A stretch of DNA of 43,035 bases from a virus. Taxonomy: Duplodnaviria > Heunggongvirae > Uroviricota > Caudoviricetes. Both the position numbers and the translations under genes were made by a program. Each line of letters opens with the position of its first letter. Position 1 is the stretch's first letter. Below the pieces are notes generated by a model, which made no database searches, was not told the origin of the DNA, and saw nothing but the letters and a program-made list of their open reading frames with translations. Location: the IMG/VR virus record IMGVR_UViG_2690316195_000004, one strand, 5' to 3'. Below are positions 32,229-43,035 of the stretch, piece after piece.

Positions 32229-32977
32229 ATCCCATGACAGAGACAGAATCAGCGATTCTGGCGCACGCCCGGCGATGTGCGCCAGCGGAGTCGTGCGGCT
32301 TCGTGGTGAGAACACCGGAGGGGGAAAGATATTTTCCCTGCGTGAATATCTCCGGTGAGCCGGAGGCGTATTTCCGGATGTCGCCGGAGGACTGGCTGCG
32401 GGCAGAGATGCAGGGTGAGATTGTGGCGCTGGTCCACAGCCACCCCGGTGGTCTGCCCTGGCTGAGTGAGACCGACCGGCGGCTGCAGGTGCAGAGTGAT
32501 TTGCCGTGGTGGCTGGTTTGCCGGGGGGCGATTCACAAGTTCCGCTGTGTGCCACATCTTTCCGGGCGGCGCTTTGAGCACGGGGTGACGGACTGTTACA
32601 CGCTGTTCCGGGATGCTTACCATCTGGCGGGGATTGAGATGCCGGATTTTCATCGCGAGGATGACTGGTGGCGTCACGGTCAGAATCTCTATCTGGATAA
32701 TCTGGAGGCCACAGGGCTGTATCAGGTGCCGTTGTCATCAGCACAACCGGGCGATGTGCTGCTGTGCTGTTTTGGTTCATCGGTGCCGAATCATGCCGCC
32801 ATTTACTGTGGTGACAGCGAGCTGCTGCACCATATTCCTGAACAACTGAGCAAACGAGAGAGGTACACCGACAAATGGCAGCGACGCACACACTCCCTCT
32901 GGCGTCACCGGGAATGGCACGCATCTGCCTTTACGGGGATTTGCAACGATTTGGCCGCCGCATCGACCTTCGTGTGA
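32225..32977 (+). CDS. K: Tail assembly protein K (JAB/MPN + NlpC/P60 domains)
   Basis: HSHPGG JAMM motif and NlpC/P60 Cys; 103-nt overlap with I as in lambda; N-terminal extent uncertain. Confidence 0.85.
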   Translation: MNPMTETESAILAHARRCAPAESCGFVVRTPEGERYFPCVNISGEPEAYFRMSPEDWLRAEMQGEIVALVHSHPGGLPWLSETDRRLQVQSDLPWWLVCRGAIHKFRCVPHLSGRRFEHGVTDCYTLFRDAYHLAGIEMPDFHREDDWWRHGQNLYLDNLEATGLYQVPLSSAQPGDVLLCCFGSSVPNHAAIYCGDSELLHHIPEQLSKRERYTDKWQRRTHSLWRHREWHASAFTGICNDLAAASTFV

Positions 32978-33546
32978 AAACGGGGGCTGAAGCCATCCGC
33001 GCACTGGCCACACAGCTCCCGGCGTTTCGTCAGAAACTGAGCGACGGCTGGTATCAGGTACGGATTGCCGGGCGTGACGTCAGCACGTCCGGGTTAACGG
33101 CGCAGTTACATGAGACTCTGCCTGACGGCGCTGTGATTCATATTGTTCCCAGAGTCGCCGGGGCCAAGTCAGGGGGCGTATTCCAGATTGTTCTGGGGGC
33201 TGCCGCCATTGCCGGATCATTCTTTACTGCCGGAGCCACCCTTGCAGCATGGGGGGCAGCCATTGGGGCCGGTGGTATGACCGGCATCCTGTTTTCTCTC
33301 GGTGCCAGTATGGTGCTCGGTGGTGTGGCGCAGATGCTGGCACCGAAAGCCAGAACTCCCCGTACACAGACAACGGATAACGGTAAGCAGAACACCTATT
33401 TCTCCTCACTGGATAACATGGTTGCCCAGGGCAATGTTCTGCCTGTTCTGTACGGGGAAATGCGCGTGGGGTCTCGCGTGGTTTCTCAGGAGATCAGCAC
33501 GGCAGACGAAGGGGATGGTGGTCAGGTTGTGGTGATTGGTCGCTGA
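32875..33546 (+). CDS. I: Tail assembly protein I
   Basis: 223-aa ORF matching lambda gpI (Gly/Ala-rich hydrophobic centre). Confidence 0.9.
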   Translation: MAATHTLPLASPGMARICLYGDLQRFGRRIDLRVKTGAEAIRALATQLPAFRQKLSDGWYQVRIAGRDVSTSGLTAQLHETLPDGAVIHIVPRVAGAKSGGVFQIVLGAAAIAGSFFTAGATLAAWGAAIGAGGMTGILFSLGASMVLGGVAQMLAPKARTPRTQTTDNGKQNTYFSSLDNMVAQGNVLPVLYGEMRVGSRVVSQEISTADEGDGGQVVVIGR

Positions 33547-33605
33547 TGAAAAACGTTTATGTGAAACCGCCTCCGGGCGGTTTTGTCGTTTATGGAGCGT
33601 GAGGA

Positions 33606-36600
33606 ATGGGTAAAGGCAGCAGTAAGGGGCATACTCCGCGCGAAGCGAAGGACAACCTGAAGTCCACGCAGTTGCTGAGTGTGATCGATGCCATCAGCGA
33701 AGGGCCGATTGAAGGTCCGGTGGATGGATTAAAAAGCGTGCTGCTGAACAGTACGCCAGTGCTGGACAGTGAGGGGAATACCAACATCTCCGGCGTCACG
33801 GTGGTGTTCCGGGCCGGTGAGCAGGAGCAGACACCGCCGGAGGGATTTGAATCCTCCGGCTCCGAGACGGTGCTGGGTACGGAAGTGAAATACGACACGC
33901 CGATCACCTGGACCATCACGTCGGCAAACATTGACCGACTGCGTGTTACCTTCGGCGTGCAGGCACTGGTGGAAACCACCTCAAAGGGGGACAGGAATCC
34001 GTCGGAAGTCCGCCTGCTGGTTCAGATACAGCGTAATGGTGGCTGGGTGACGGAAAAAGACATCACCATTAAGGGCAAAACCACCTCGCAGTATCTGGCC
34101 TCGGTGGTGGTGGGTAACCTGCCGCCGCGCCCGTTCAGTATACGGATGCGCAGGATGACGCCGGACAGCACCACAGACCAGCTGCAGAACAAAACGCTCT
34201 GGTCGTCATACACCGAAATCATCGATGTGAAACAGTGCTACCCGAACACGGCACTGGTCGGTGTGCAGGTGGACTCGGAGCAGTTCGGCAGCCAGCAGGT
34301 GAGCCGTAATTATCATCTGCGCGGGCGTATTCTGCAGGTGCCGTCGAACTATAACCCGCAGACGCGGCAATACAGCGGTATCTGGGACGGAACGTTTAAA
34401 CCGGCATACAGCAACAACATGGCCTGGTGTCTGTGGGATATGCTGACCCATCCGCGCTACGGCATGGGGAAACGTCTTGGTGCGGCGGATGTGGATAAAT
34501 GGGCGCTGTATGTCATCGGCCAGAATTGCGACCAGTCGGTGCCGGACGGCTTTGGCGGCACGGAGCCGCGCATCACCTGTAATGCCTGGCTGACCACACA
34601 GCGCAAGGCGTGGGATGTGCTCAGTGATTTCTGCTCGGCGATGCGCTGTATGCCGATATGGAACGGGCAGACGCTGACGTTCGTGCAGGACCGACCATCA
34701 GATAAGGTGTGGACCTATAACCGCAGTAATGTGGTGATGCCGGATGATGGCGCGCCGTTCCGCTACAGCTTCAGCGCCCTGAAGGACCGCCATAATGCCG
34801 TTGAGGTGAACTGGATTGACCCGGATAACGGCTGGGAGACGGCGACAGAGCTTGTGGAGGACACGCAGGCCATTGCCCGTTACGGTCGTAACGTCACGAA
34901 GATGGATGCCTTTGGCTGTACCAGTCGGGGGCAGGCGCACCGCGCCGGGCTGTGGCTGATTAAAACGGAACTGCTGGAAACGCAGACCGTGGACTTCAGC
35001 GTGGGTGCGGAAGGGCTTCGCCATGTACCGGGGGATGTCATTGAAATCTGCGATGATGACTATGCGGGTATCAGCACCGGCGGGCGCGTGCTGGCGGTGA
35101 ACAGCCAGACCCGGACGCTGACGCTCGACCGTGAAATCACGCTGCCATCCTCCGGTACCACGCTGATAAGCCTGGTTGACGGAAGTGGCAATCCGGTCAG
35201 CGTGGAGGTCCAGTCCGTCACCGACGGCGTGAAGGTAAAAGTGAGCCGTGTTCCTGACGGCGTTGCCGGATACAGCGTGTGGGGGCTGAAGCTGCCGACG
35301 CTGCGCCAGCGACTGTTCCGCTGCGTGAGTATCCGTGAGAACGACGACGGCACGTATGCCATCACCGCCGTGCAGCATGTGCCGGAAAAAGAGGCCATCG
35401 TGGATAACGGGGCGCACTTTGACGGCGACCAGAGCGGCACGGTGAATGGTGTCACGCCGCCAGCGGTGCAGCACCTGACTGCCGAAGTCACCGCAGACAG
35501 CGGGGAATATCAGGTGCTGGCGCGCTGGGACACACCGAAGGTGGTGAAGGGCGTGAGCTTCCTGCTCCGTCTGACCGTAACAGCGGACGACGGCAGTGAG
35601 CGGCTGGTCAGCACGGCCCGGACGACGGAAACCACATACCGCTTCACACAACTGGCGTTGGGGAACTACAGGCTGACAGTCCGGGCGGTAAATGCGTGGG
35701 GACAGCAGGGCGATCCGGCATCGGTATCGTTCCGGATTGCCGCACCGGCAGCGCCGTCTCGGATTGAGCTGACACCGGGCTATTTTCAGATAACCGCCAC
35801 GCCGCATCTTGCGGTTTATGACCCGACGGTACAGTTTGAGTTCTGGTTCTCGGAAAAACGGATTGCGGATATCAGGCAGGTTGAAACCAGCGCGCGTTAT
35901 CTTGGTACGGCACTGTACTGGATAGCCGCCAGTATCAATATCAAACCGGGCCATGATTATTATTTTTACGTTCGCAGTGTGAACACCGTTGGCAAATCGG
36001 CATTCGTGGAGGCTGTCGGTCAGCCGAGTGATGATGCATCAGGCTATCTGGATTTTTTCAAAGGCGAGATAGGGAAAACCCATCTGGCTCAGGAGCTGTG
36101 GACGCAGATTGATAACGGTCAGCTTGCGCCTGACCTGACTGAAATCAGGACGTCCATAACGGATGTCAGCAATGAAATAACACAGACCGTCAATAAGAAA
36201 CTGGAAGACCAGAGTGCAGCGATCCAGCAGATACAGAAGGTTCAGGTTGATACAAATAATAACCTGAACAGCATGTGGGCAGTGAAGCTGCAGCAGATGC
36301 AGGACGGACGCCTTTATATTGCGGGTATCGGTGCCGGTATTGAGAACACCCCTGACGGCATGCAGAGTCAGGTGCTGCTGGCAGCAGACAGGATTGCGAT
36401 GATTAATCCTGCGAATGGCAACACAAAGCCGATGTTTGTTGGTCAGGGCGATCAGATATTCATGAATGAAGTGTTCCTGAAACGCCTGACGGCCCCCACC
36501 ATTACCAGCGGCGGTAATCCTCCGGCATTTTCCCTGACATCAGACGGGAGACTGACGGCGAAAAATGCGGATATCAGTGGCAGTGTGAATGCGAACTCAG

Positions 36601-37103
36601 GAACGCTCAACAATGTCACGATTAACCAGAACTGTACGATTAAGGGCATGCTGGAGGCGACCCAGGTCAGAGGAGATTTCGTTAAAGCTGTATCAAAAGC
36701 CTTCCCGAAAAAAGTCGGTACGTGGGGTAACACGGAAACACCAAACGGTACGGTTACAGTCACCATCAGCGATGATCATAACTTTGACCGCCAGATTATT
36801 ATTCCGCCCATTATTTTTAACGGTATAGCGTATGACGATCCGGGGAGCGGAAATAACCCAGGAGGCACGCGATACACGGGTTATGGTTTTGAAGTTCGCA
36901 AAAACGGCGTATTAATCGCATCCAGAGAAACTAAAGGGGCCATTCCCGGTAGTTACAGTGCAGTTATTGATATGCCGAGTGGCAGGGGAAGCGTCACTCT
37001 GGAGTTTAAGATTTTCCAGAAAGGCAATCAGGGGGCAGGCAATATCACCGACTGTACGGTGATTGTGACCAAAAAAGCCGCTTCCGGCATCAGTATTCGT
37101 TGA
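33606..37103 (+). CDS. J: Central tail fibre / host specificity protein J with divergent C-terminal receptor-binding region
   Basis: 1165-aa ORF; N-terminal about 800 aa colinear with lambda gpJ; C-terminal third differs from lambda J. Confidence 0.9.
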   Translation: MGKGSSKGHTPREAKDNLKSTQLLSVIDAISEGPIEGPVDGLKSVLLNSTPVLDSEGNTNISGVTVVFRAGEQEQTPPEGFESSGSETVLGTEVKYDTPITWTITSANIDRLRVTFGVQALVETTSKGDRNPSEVRLLVQIQRNGGWVTEKDITIKGKTTSQYLASVVVGNLPPRPFSIRMRRMTPDSTTDQLQNKTLWSSYTEIIDVKQCYPNTALVGVQVDSEQFGSQQVSRNYHLRGRILQVPSNYNPQTRQYSGIWDGTFKPAYSNNMAWCLWDMLTHPRYGMGKRLGAADVDKWALYVIGQNCDQSVPDGFGGTEPRITCNAWLTTQRKAWDVLSDFCSAMRCMPIWNGQTLTFVQDRPSDKVWTYNRSNVVMPDDGAPFRYSFSALKDRHNAVEVNWIDPDNGWETATELVEDTQAIARYGRNVTKMDAFGCTSRGQAHRAGLWLIKTELLETQTVDFSVGAEGLRHVPGDVIEICDDDYAGISTGGRVLAVNSQTRTLTLDREITLPSSGTTLISLVDGSGNPVSVEVQSVTDGVKVKVSRVPDGVAGYSVWGLKLPTLRQRLFRCVSIRENDDGTYAITAVQHVPEKEAIVDNGAHFDGDQSGTVNGVTPPAVQHLTAEVTADSGEYQVLARWDTPKVVKGVSFLLRLTVTADDGSERLVSTARTTETTYRFTQLALGNYRLTVRAVNAWGQQGDPASVSFRIAAPAAPSRIELTPGYFQITATPHLAVYDPTVQFEFWFSEKRIADIRQVETSARYLGTALYWIAASINIKPGHDYYFYVRSVNTVGKSAFVEAVGQPSDDASGYLDFFKGEIGKTHLAQELWTQIDNGQLAPDLTEIRTSITDVSNEITQTVNKKLEDQSAAIQQIQKVQVDTNNNLNSMWAVKLQQMQDGRLYIAGIGAGIENTPDGMQSQVLLAADRIAMINPANGNTKPMFVGQGDQIFMNEVFLKRLTAPTITSGGNPPAFSLTSDGRLTAKNADISGSVNANSGTLNNVTINQNCTIKGMLEATQVRGDFVKAVSKAFPKKVGTWGNTETPNGTVTVTISDDHNFDRQIIIPPIIFNGIAYDDPGSGNNPGGTRYTGYGFEVRKNGVLIASRETKGAIPGSYSAVIDMPSGRGSVTLEFKIFQKGNQGAGNITDCTVIVTKKAASGISIR

Positions 37104-37122
37104 AATATTTATAACCCCAATA

Positions 37123-37150
37123 AAGGGCGTCAGGAATGACGCCTTTTTTA
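37123..37150 (+). terminator. Rho-independent terminator after J
   Basis: Hairpin GGCGTCA-GGAA-TGACGCC followed by T-run. Confidence 0.7.
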
Positions 37151-37173
37151 TTGCAGAAAAGCGAGAGGTAATT

Positions 37174-37773
37174 ATGCGTAAAGTTTGTGCAGCAATTTTG
37201 TCCGCAGCCATTTGTCTGGCCGTATCCGGTGCGCCTGCATGGGCGTCTGAACATCAGTCCACGCTGAGCGCGGGGTATCTTCATGCCTCGACGAACGTCC
37301 CCGGCAGCGATGATCTGAACGGGATTAACGTGAAATACCGTTATGAGTTTACGGACACACTGGGGCTGGTGACGTCATTCAGCTATGCAGGAGACAAGAA
37401 TCGCCAGCTGACCCGTTACAGCGATACCCGCTGGCATGAAGATTCCGTTCGTAACCGCTGGTTCAGCGTAATGGCGGGGCCGTCTGTGCGCGTGAATGAA
37501 TGGTTCAGCGCGTATGCGATGGCGGGTGTAGCTTACAGCCGTGTGTCGACTTTCTCCGGGGATTATCTTCGCGTAACTGACAACAAGGGGAAAAAGCACG
37601 ATGTGCTGACCGGAAGTGATGACGGTCGCCACAGCAACACGTCTCTGGCGTGGGGGGCTGGCGTGCAGTTTAACCCGACCGAATCCGTGGCCATTGATAT
37701 TGCTTATGAAGGCTCCGGCAGTGGTGACTGGCGCACTGACGGTTTCATCGTGGGTGTCGGTTATAAATTCTGA
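37174..37773 (+). CDS. lom: Lom outer-membrane protein (Ail/Lom family)
   Basis: 199-aa ORF with signal peptide and beta-barrel C-terminus ...GFIVGVGYKF; SD GAGAGG. Confidence 0.9.
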   Translation: MRKVCAAILSAAICLAVSGAPAWASEHQSTLSAGYLHASTNVPGSDDLNGINVKYRYEFTDTLGLVTSFSYAGDKNRQLTRYSDTRWHEDSVRNRWFSVMAGPSVRVNEWFSAYAMAGVAYSRVSTFSGDYLRVTDNKGKKHDVLTGSDDGRHSNTSLAWGAGVQFNPTESVAIDIAYEGSGSGDWRTDGFIVGVGYKF

Positions 37774-37796
37774 TTAGCCAGGTAACACAGTGTTAT

Positions 37797-37827
37797 GACA
37801 GCCCGCCGGTTCAGGCGGGCTTTTTTG
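37797..37827 (+). terminator. Rho-independent terminator after lom
   Basis: Hairpin GCCCGCC-GGTTCA-GGCGGGC followed by six T. Confidence 0.7.
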
Positions 37828-37837
37828 TGGGGTGAAT

Positions 37838-40800
37838 ATGGCAGTAAAGATTTCAGGTGTACTGAAAGACGGCACAGGAAAACCGGTACAGAACTGCACA
37901 ATCCAGCTGAAAGCAAAACGTAACAGCACCACGGTGGTGGTGAACACGCTGGCCTCAGAAAATCCGGATGAAGCCGGGCGTTACAGCATGGACGTTGAGT
38001 ACGGGCAGTACAGCGTTATTCTGTTGGTGGAGGGATTCCCGCCGTCACATGCCGGGACCATCACCGTGTATGAAGATTCCCGACCCGGTACGCTGAATGA
38101 TTTTCTCGGTGCCATGACGGAGGATGATGCCCGTCCTGAGGCACTGCGCCGTTTTGAACTGATGGTGGAAGAGGTGGCGCGTAACGCGTCCGCGGTGGCA
38201 CAGAACACGGCAGCCGCGAAGAAGTCAGCCAGCGATGCCAGCACATCAGCCCGTGAGGCGGCAACCCATGCGACTGATGCTGCAGATTCAGCACGTGCAG
38301 CCAGCACGTCAGCCGGACAGGCCGCTTCGTCGGCTCAGTCAGCGTCTTCCAGCGCAGGAACGGCATCAACAAAGGCCACTGAAGCCTCAAAAAGTGCTGC
38401 CGCTGCAGAGTCCTCAAAAAGCGTGGCAGCTACCAGTGCCGGTGCGGCGAAAACGTCAGAAACGAATGCCGCAGCGTCAGAACAATCAGCCGCCACTTCT
38501 GCATCCACCGCGACCACGAAAGCGTCAGAAGCTGCCACCTCAGCCCGGGATGCGGCGGCCTCAAAAGAGGCAGCGAAATCATCAGAAACGAACGCATCCT
38601 TGAGCGCCAGTAGCGCAGCTTCCTCGGCAACGGCGGCAGGAAATTCCGCGAAGGCGGCAAAAACGTCCGAGACGAACGCCAGGTCTTCTGAGACGGCAGC
38701 GGGACAGAGCGCCTCAGCTGCGGCAGGCTCAAAAACAGCGGCTGCGTCGTCTGCCAGTGCCGCGTCAACAAGTGCCGGGCAGGCCTCAGCCAGTGCCACC
38801 GCCGCCGGAAAATCGGCAGAAAGCGCCGCATCATCCGCTTCAACAGCCACAACGAAGGCTGGCGAAGCCACTGAGCAGGCCACGGCAGCAGCGAGGTCAG
38901 CTTCCGCAGCGAAGACATCCGAAACGAACGCGAAAGCGTCGGAAACCCGTGCAGAATCCTCAAAAACGGCAGCGGCATCGTCCGCCAGTTCGGCGGCGTC
39001 ATCGGCATCATCGGCGTCTGCTTCAAAAGATGAGGCGACCAGACAGGCGTCAGCAGCGAAGGGCAGCGCCACGACGGCATCCACGAAGGCGACAGAGGCT
39101 GCTGGTAGTGCGAAGGCAGCAGCTCAGAGCAAAAGTACGGCGGAATCTGCAGCAACGCGCGCTGAGACAGCGGCAAAACGGGCAGAGGATATTGCATCCG
39201 CCGTGGCGCTTGAGGATGCGAGCACGACGAAAAAGGGGATAGTACAGCTCAGTAGTGCGACTAACAGCACTTCCGAGTCACTGGCGGCAACACCAAAAGC
39301 CGTTAAGGCCGCGTATGACCTGGCTAGCGGGAAATACACCGCACAGGATGCAACGACAGCACAGAAAGGGATAATCCAGCTAAGCAGCGCGACCAACAGC
39401 ACGTCTGAAACGCTGGCGGCAACGCCAAAGGCAGTAAAAGCAGCCAATGACAATGCTGAGAAACGTCTGCAGAAAGATCAGAACGGTGCGGATATCCCTG
39501 GCAAAGACACCTTTACGAAAAATATTGGTGCCTGCCGTGCCTTCGGTGGGTCAGTAAGCACAACAACAGGAAACTGGACGACTGCACAGTTTATCGAGTG
39601 GCTGGATTCTCAGGGAGCATTTAACCATCCATACTGGATGTGCAAGGGTTCCTGGTCTTATGGCAATAATAAAATCATTACTGATACTGGCTGCGGTAAT
39701 ATTCATCTCGCCGGAGCTGTCATTGAAGTAATGGGGATAAAGTCAGCGATGACGATCCGCATTACCACTCCGACCACATCCAGCGGTGGCGGAACAACCA
39801 ACGCCCAGTTTACCTATATTAATCACGGAACAGATTATTCACCTGGCTGGCGAAGGGACTATAACTCCAGAAATAAGCCAACGGCATCAGAGATCGGGGC
39901 GCTACCGTCAGGTGGAACAGCAGTATCATCAGTTAATCTGGCTTCAAAAGGTCGGGTAGCCGCGCTGACAGACAATACGCAGGGGGCAGCAGGTCTTGAG
40001 TTATACGAGGTGTATAACAACGGATATCCAACAACGTATGGAAATATCATTCACCTGAAAGGGATGACAGCCGTTGGCGAAGGTGAGTTACTCATCGGCT
40101 GGAGTGGTACAAGCGGTGCTCATGCTCCGGCATTTATTCGTTCACGACGGGATACGACCGACGCAAACTGGTCGCCGTGGGCGCAGCTTTACACCTCGGC
40201 TCATCCTCCTGCAGAGTTTTATCCAGTCGGTGCACCAATCCCGTGGCCATCAGATACCGTTCCGTCTGGTTATGTCCTGATGCAGGGGCAGACTTTTGAC
40301 AAATCTGCATACCCGAAACTTGCAGCCGCTTATCCGTCAGGCGTGATCCCTGATATGCGTGGCTGGACGATTAAGGGCAAACCTGCCAGTGGTCGGGCCG
40401 TATTGTCTCAGGAACAGGACGGCATTAAATCGCACACCCACAGCGCCAGCGCATCCAGTACGGATTTGGGGACGAAAACCACATCGTCGTTTGATTACGG
40501 CACTAAATCCACGAATAACATCGGGGCGCATACGCACAGTGTGAGCGGTACAGCCGCAAGTGCCGGAAACCATACTCATAGTGTCACAGGCGCATCAGCA
40601 GTCAGCCAGTGGTCACAAAATGGGTCAGTACATAAGGTAGTGTCTGCGGCCAGTGTGAATACAAGTGCTGCAGGAGCGCACACTCATAGTGTCAGCGGCA
40701 CAGCTGCATCTGCAGGTGCTCACGCACATACTGTCGGTATTGGTGCTCATACGCACTCGGTTGCGATTGGCTCACATGGACACACCATCACCGTTAACGC

Positions 40801-40864
40801 TGCTGGTAACGCGGAAAACACCGTCAAAAACATCGCATTTAACTATATTGTGAGGCTTGCATGA
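37838..40864 (+). CDS. stf: Side tail fibre Stf (long form, Ala/Ser-rich repeats, tail-collar domain and His-box tip)
   Basis: N-terminus [26 protein letters not shown]... as in lambda Stf; central A/S/T-rich repeats; C-terminal collar-like segment and repeated GAHTHSV His boxes. Confidence 0.9.
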   Translation: MAVKISGVLKDGTGKPVQNCTIQLKAKRNSTTVVVNTLASENPDEAGRYSMDVEYGQYSVILLVEGFPPSHAGTITVYEDSRPGTLNDFLGAMTEDDARPEALRRFELMVEEVARNASAVAQNTAAAKKSASDASTSAREAATHATDAADSARAASTSAGQAASSAQSASSSAGTASTKATEASKSAAAAESSKSVAATSAGAAKTSETNAAASEQSAATSASTATTKASEAATSARDAAASKEAAKSSETNASLSASSAASSATAAGNSAKAAKTSETNARSSETAAGQSASAAAGSKTAAASSASAASTSAGQASASATAAGKSAESAASSASTATTKAGEATEQATAAARSASAAKTSETNAKASETRAESSKTAAASSASSAASSASSASASKDEATRQASAAKGSATTASTKATEAAGSAKAAAQSKSTAESAATRAETAAKRAEDIASAVALEDASTTKKGIVQLSSATNSTSESLAATPKAVKAAYDLASGKYTAQDATTAQKGIIQLSSATNSTSETLAATPKAVKAANDNAEKRLQKDQNGADIPGKDTFTKNIGACRAFGGSVSTTTGNWTTAQFIEWLDSQGAFNHPYWMCKGSWSYGNNKIITDTGCGNIHLAGAVIEVMGIKSAMTIRITTPTTSSGGGTTNAQFTYINHGTDYSPGWRRDYNSRNKPTASEIGALPSGGTAVSSVNLASKGRVAALTDNTQGAAGLELYEVYNNGYPTTYGNIIHLKGMTAVGEGELLIGWSGTSGAHAPAFIRSRRDTTDANWSPWAQLYTSAHPPAEFYPVGAPIPWPSDTVPSGYVLMQGQTFDKSAYPKLAAAYPSGVIPDMRGWTIKGKPASGRAVLSQEQDGIKSHTHSASASSTDLGTKTTSSFDYGTKSTNNIGAHTHSVSGTAASAGNHTHSVTGASAVSQWSQNGSVHKVVSAASVNTSAAGAHTHSVSGTAASAGAHAHTVGIGAHTHSVAIGSHGHTITVNAAGNAENTVKNIAFNYIVRLA

Positions 40865-41763
40865 TTACGCTCATTCTTTCTGCACCAGTAACCGAAATGG
40901 CTGAAGCATTTAAGCGGGTATTTGCAAATGCAGATAATGTGAATATTGTCGGAAAGCCATTTGAAACAATCAGAGAATTTGACTGCATGGTAAGTGCGGC
41001 AAATAGTTTCGGCCTGATGGATGGCGGTGTTGATGCCGCCATTACCACATTCTTCGGTTCTCAGCTACAGGCCCGCGTTCAGAATCATATTCTTCGTGAA
41101 TATCTCGGCGAGCAGCCTGTAGGTTCTGCATTTGTTATTGAAACGGGGCATAATTATCACCCCTGGCTGGTACATGCGCCAACAATGCGTGTTCCGTTGA
41201 CAATTGACGGAACAGACGCTGTATATAACGCAACTTGGGCAGCTCTACTTGCTATCTTTCAGCACAATAAAAACGCAACGACAGACAGGAAAATAAAGAC
41301 GGTGGTATTCCCTGCAATGGGAGCCGGATGTGGTCAGGTGCCGTTTGAAAGCGTTGCCCGGCAGATGAAGCAGGCATGGGATAACTTTAATAAAAAAACA
41401 GAATCAATTAACTGGGAATACGCACAATCCCGCCAGTCGGCAGTATTTGGCACATATGCATACTGTCCGGGTAATTCTGTTTGCCGTTATGCGGATACTA
41501 AATATATTGGATGCGGCGATTATCGGACGTATTGCTCACGTTCCGGGCAGGTCTGTATTAACCCTGAACATCAGGCTGATGATGTACTGATACAACATCA
41601 GGCTAATAACCGGTTTCGCCCTGGTTCGCATATACACCGGATTAATCCAGAAAATCCTGTAGGTAATGTCATCTCTGGCGCACATAGCCACGGAAGTAGC
41701 ATCGTTATTGGTGCTCACACCCATACGCTCAATAAACAATATTCTGTCTCTGATATTAAGTAG
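40861..41763 (+). CDS. Macro-domain protein fused to a tail-fibre-tip-like His-box C-terminus
   Basis: N-terminal about 180 aa carry macro-domain motifs ([19 protein letters not shown]; [14 protein letters not shown]); C-terminal about 110 aa are Cys-rich then [19 protein letters not shown], resembling the Stf tip; ATGA overlap with stf stop. Confidence 0.6.
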   Translation: MITLILSAPVTEMAEAFKRVFANADNVNIVGKPFETIREFDCMVSAANSFGLMDGGVDAAITTFFGSQLQARVQNHILREYLGEQPVGSAFVIETGHNYHPWLVHAPTMRVPLTIDGTDAVYNATWAALLAIFQHNKNATTDRKIKTVVFPAMGAGCGQVPFESVARQMKQAWDNFNKKTESINWEYAQSRQSAVFGTYAYCPGNSVCRYADTKYIGCGDYRTYCSRSGQVCINPEHQADDVLIQHQANNRFRPGSHIHRINPENPVGNVISGAHSHGSSIVIGAHTHTLNKQYSVSDIK

Positions 41764-41771
41764 AGGTGAAC

Positions 41772-42347
41772 ATGGATTTCAGAATGAGTGAACAACCACG
41801 GACCATAACAATTTATAATCTGCTGGCCGGAACTAATGAATTTATTGGTGAAGGTGACGCATACATTCCGCCTCATACAGGTCTGCCAGCAAACAGTACC
41901 GATATTGCACCGCCAGATATTCCGGCTGGTTTCGTGGCTGTTTTCAACAGTGATGAGTCATCGTGGCATCTCGTTGAAGATCATCGGGGTAAAACGGTTT
42001 ATGACGTGGCTTCCGGCGACGCGTTATTTATTTCTGAACTCGGCTCATTACCGGAAAATGTCACCTGGTTATCCCCGGAAGGGGAGTTTCAGAAGTGGAA
42101 CGGCACAGCCTGGGTGAAGGATACGGAAGCAGAAAAACTGTTCCGGATCCGGGAGGCGGAAGAAACAAAAAACAGCCTGATGCAGGTAGCCAGTGAGCAT
42201 ATAGCGCCGCTTCAGGATGCTGTGGATCTGGAGATCGCAACGGAGAAAGAAACCTTGTTGCTGGAAGCCTGGAAAAAGTATCGGGTGTTGCTGAACCGTG
42301 TTGATACATCAACTGCACCGGATATTGAATGGCCAGCCCTACCGTAG
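41772..42347 (+). CDS. tfa: Tail fibre assembly chaperone Tfa
   Basis: [54 protein letters not shown]... matching lambda Tfa. Confidence 0.9.
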   Translation: MDFRMSEQPRTITIYNLLAGTNEFIGEGDAYIPPHTGLPANSTDIAPPDIPAGFVAVFNSDESSWHLVEDHRGKTVYDVASGDALFISELGSLPENVTWLSPEGEFQKWNGTAWVKDTEAEKLFRIREAEETKNSLMQVASEHIAPLQDAVDLEIATEKETLLLEAWKKYRVLLNRVDTSTAPDIEWPALP

Positions 42348-42444
42348 GGTAAGATATATAAATTCTATAATTAGAAGTATCTTTCCATTTAAGGCTAGGA
42401 AGGGGGGCTTGGAAAACGTAAGGAATCTCACACCGAGATTATTT

Positions 42445-43035
42445 TTATATATCAGGTGTCTGATTTTTTGCTTTAGCTCTTAAAATGGTTTGCCGCGAGG
42501 TTTTGAATTCTTGGGCAATGTCACTTATATTTATACCTGACTTAATTTGCTCTAGTACCCTCTGTATTTGTTCATCATTTAACACAGGTGGGCGACCAAA
42601 TCGCTTTCCTGCGCCCCGTGCTCTTAATATCCCTGAATGAGTACGCTCAAGTAAAAGGTCTCGCTCAAATTCAGCGACTGCTGAAATTACTTGCATCATC
42701 ATTTTTCCAGGTGGACTGGTCAGGTCAACGCCCCCCAATGCTAAGCAATGCACTTTGATACCTGCTTTGGTCAGTTGTTCCACCGTTTTACTGATATCCA
42801 TTGGATTACAACCGAGGCGATCCAGTTTTGTGACAATCAATGCATCACCTCTTTTCAGTCGATCAAGCAACTGGTTAAAACCAGGACGCTCACTGGTTGC
42901 TGCTGAGCCGCTAATTTGTTCTTCAATTATTTGCTGAGATTTGATGTTAAAACCTGCACTTTCGATTTCCCGACGTTGATTTTTGGTTGTCTTTTCCAGA
43001 GTTGATACCCGACAGTAAGCATAAATTCGAGACAT
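42445..43035 (-). CDS. pin: Serine DNA invertase (Pin/Gin/Hin family)
   Basis: [17 protein letters not shown]... with catalytic Ser and C-terminal HTH; start codon is the last three bases of the window. Confidence 0.9.
   Translation of the reverse strand: MSRIYAYCRVSTLEKTTKNQRREIESAGFNIKSQQIIEEQISGSAATSERPGFNQLLDRLKRGDALIVTKLDRLGCNPMDISKTVEQLTKAGIKVHCLALGGVDLTSPPGKMMMQVISAVAEFERDLLLERTHSGILRARGAGKRFGRPPVLNDEQIQRVLEQIKSGINISDIAQEFKTSRQTILRAKAKNQTPDI

Noticed and set aside
31428-32924. 498-aa ORF on the minus strand across L/K
   Set aside because: It lies antisense to conserved lambda-type tail genes; its Arg/Pro/Ala-rich low-complexity translation is typical of spurious antisense ORFs in GC-rich coding sequence.
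34698-35954. 418-aa ORF on the minus strand inside J
   Set aside because: Antisense to J; Arg-rich low-complexity translation; no start context; spurious.
38335-39197. Long minus-strand and alternative-frame ORFs within stf
   Set aside because: Products of the repetitive Ala/Ser-rich coding repeat of stf read in other frames; not independent genes.
38200-39200. Possible CRISPR array suggested by short recurring units
   Set aside because: The repeats are in-frame coding repeats inside the tail fibre gene with no regular repeat-spacer structure; no cas genes in the window.
42348-42444. Inversion crossover site next to pin
   Set aside because: Only a weak half-site-like sequence was seen and no inverted partner was found within stf or tfa; not reported as a feature.

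Overview
The window is an almost complete lambdoid prophage, read from the stop codon of its integrase (position 1) to the start codon of a Pin-type invertase (43035). The att sites lie outside the window. It is a mosaic: a Rac-type integrase with lambda-like Red recombination (exo/bet/gam); a non-lambda immunity region (LexA-like CI, YdaS-like Cro, a CII-position gene); lambda O/P replication; a DLP12-like nin/Q/porin/lysis block; then cos and a lambda-type packaging, head and tail set through J, lom, stf and tfa. All identifications are from reading the translated ORFs and recalling known protein families; no database search or computation was run. Four things stand out. (1) An AT-rich two-gene operon in the classical rexA/rexB slot downstream of cI (341-aa soluble protein plus 149-aa four-helix membrane protein) that I cannot assign to any family: a candidate uncharacterised exclusion/abortive-infection module. 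(2) A translationally coupled pair in the nin region: an unassigned 339-aa protein with a phosphoribosyltransferase-like motif followed by a clear NADAR-domain protein, resembling a toxin/antitoxin or counter-defence pair built on (ADP-)ribosyl chemistry. (3) A macro-domain protein fused to a tail-fibre-tip-like His-box segment, sitting between stf and tfa. (4) A deletion fusing the 3' end of nu1 to the middle of terminase gene A, which removes the ATPase N-terminus and should make the prophage packaging-defective. No N antiterminator is present in the left operon.
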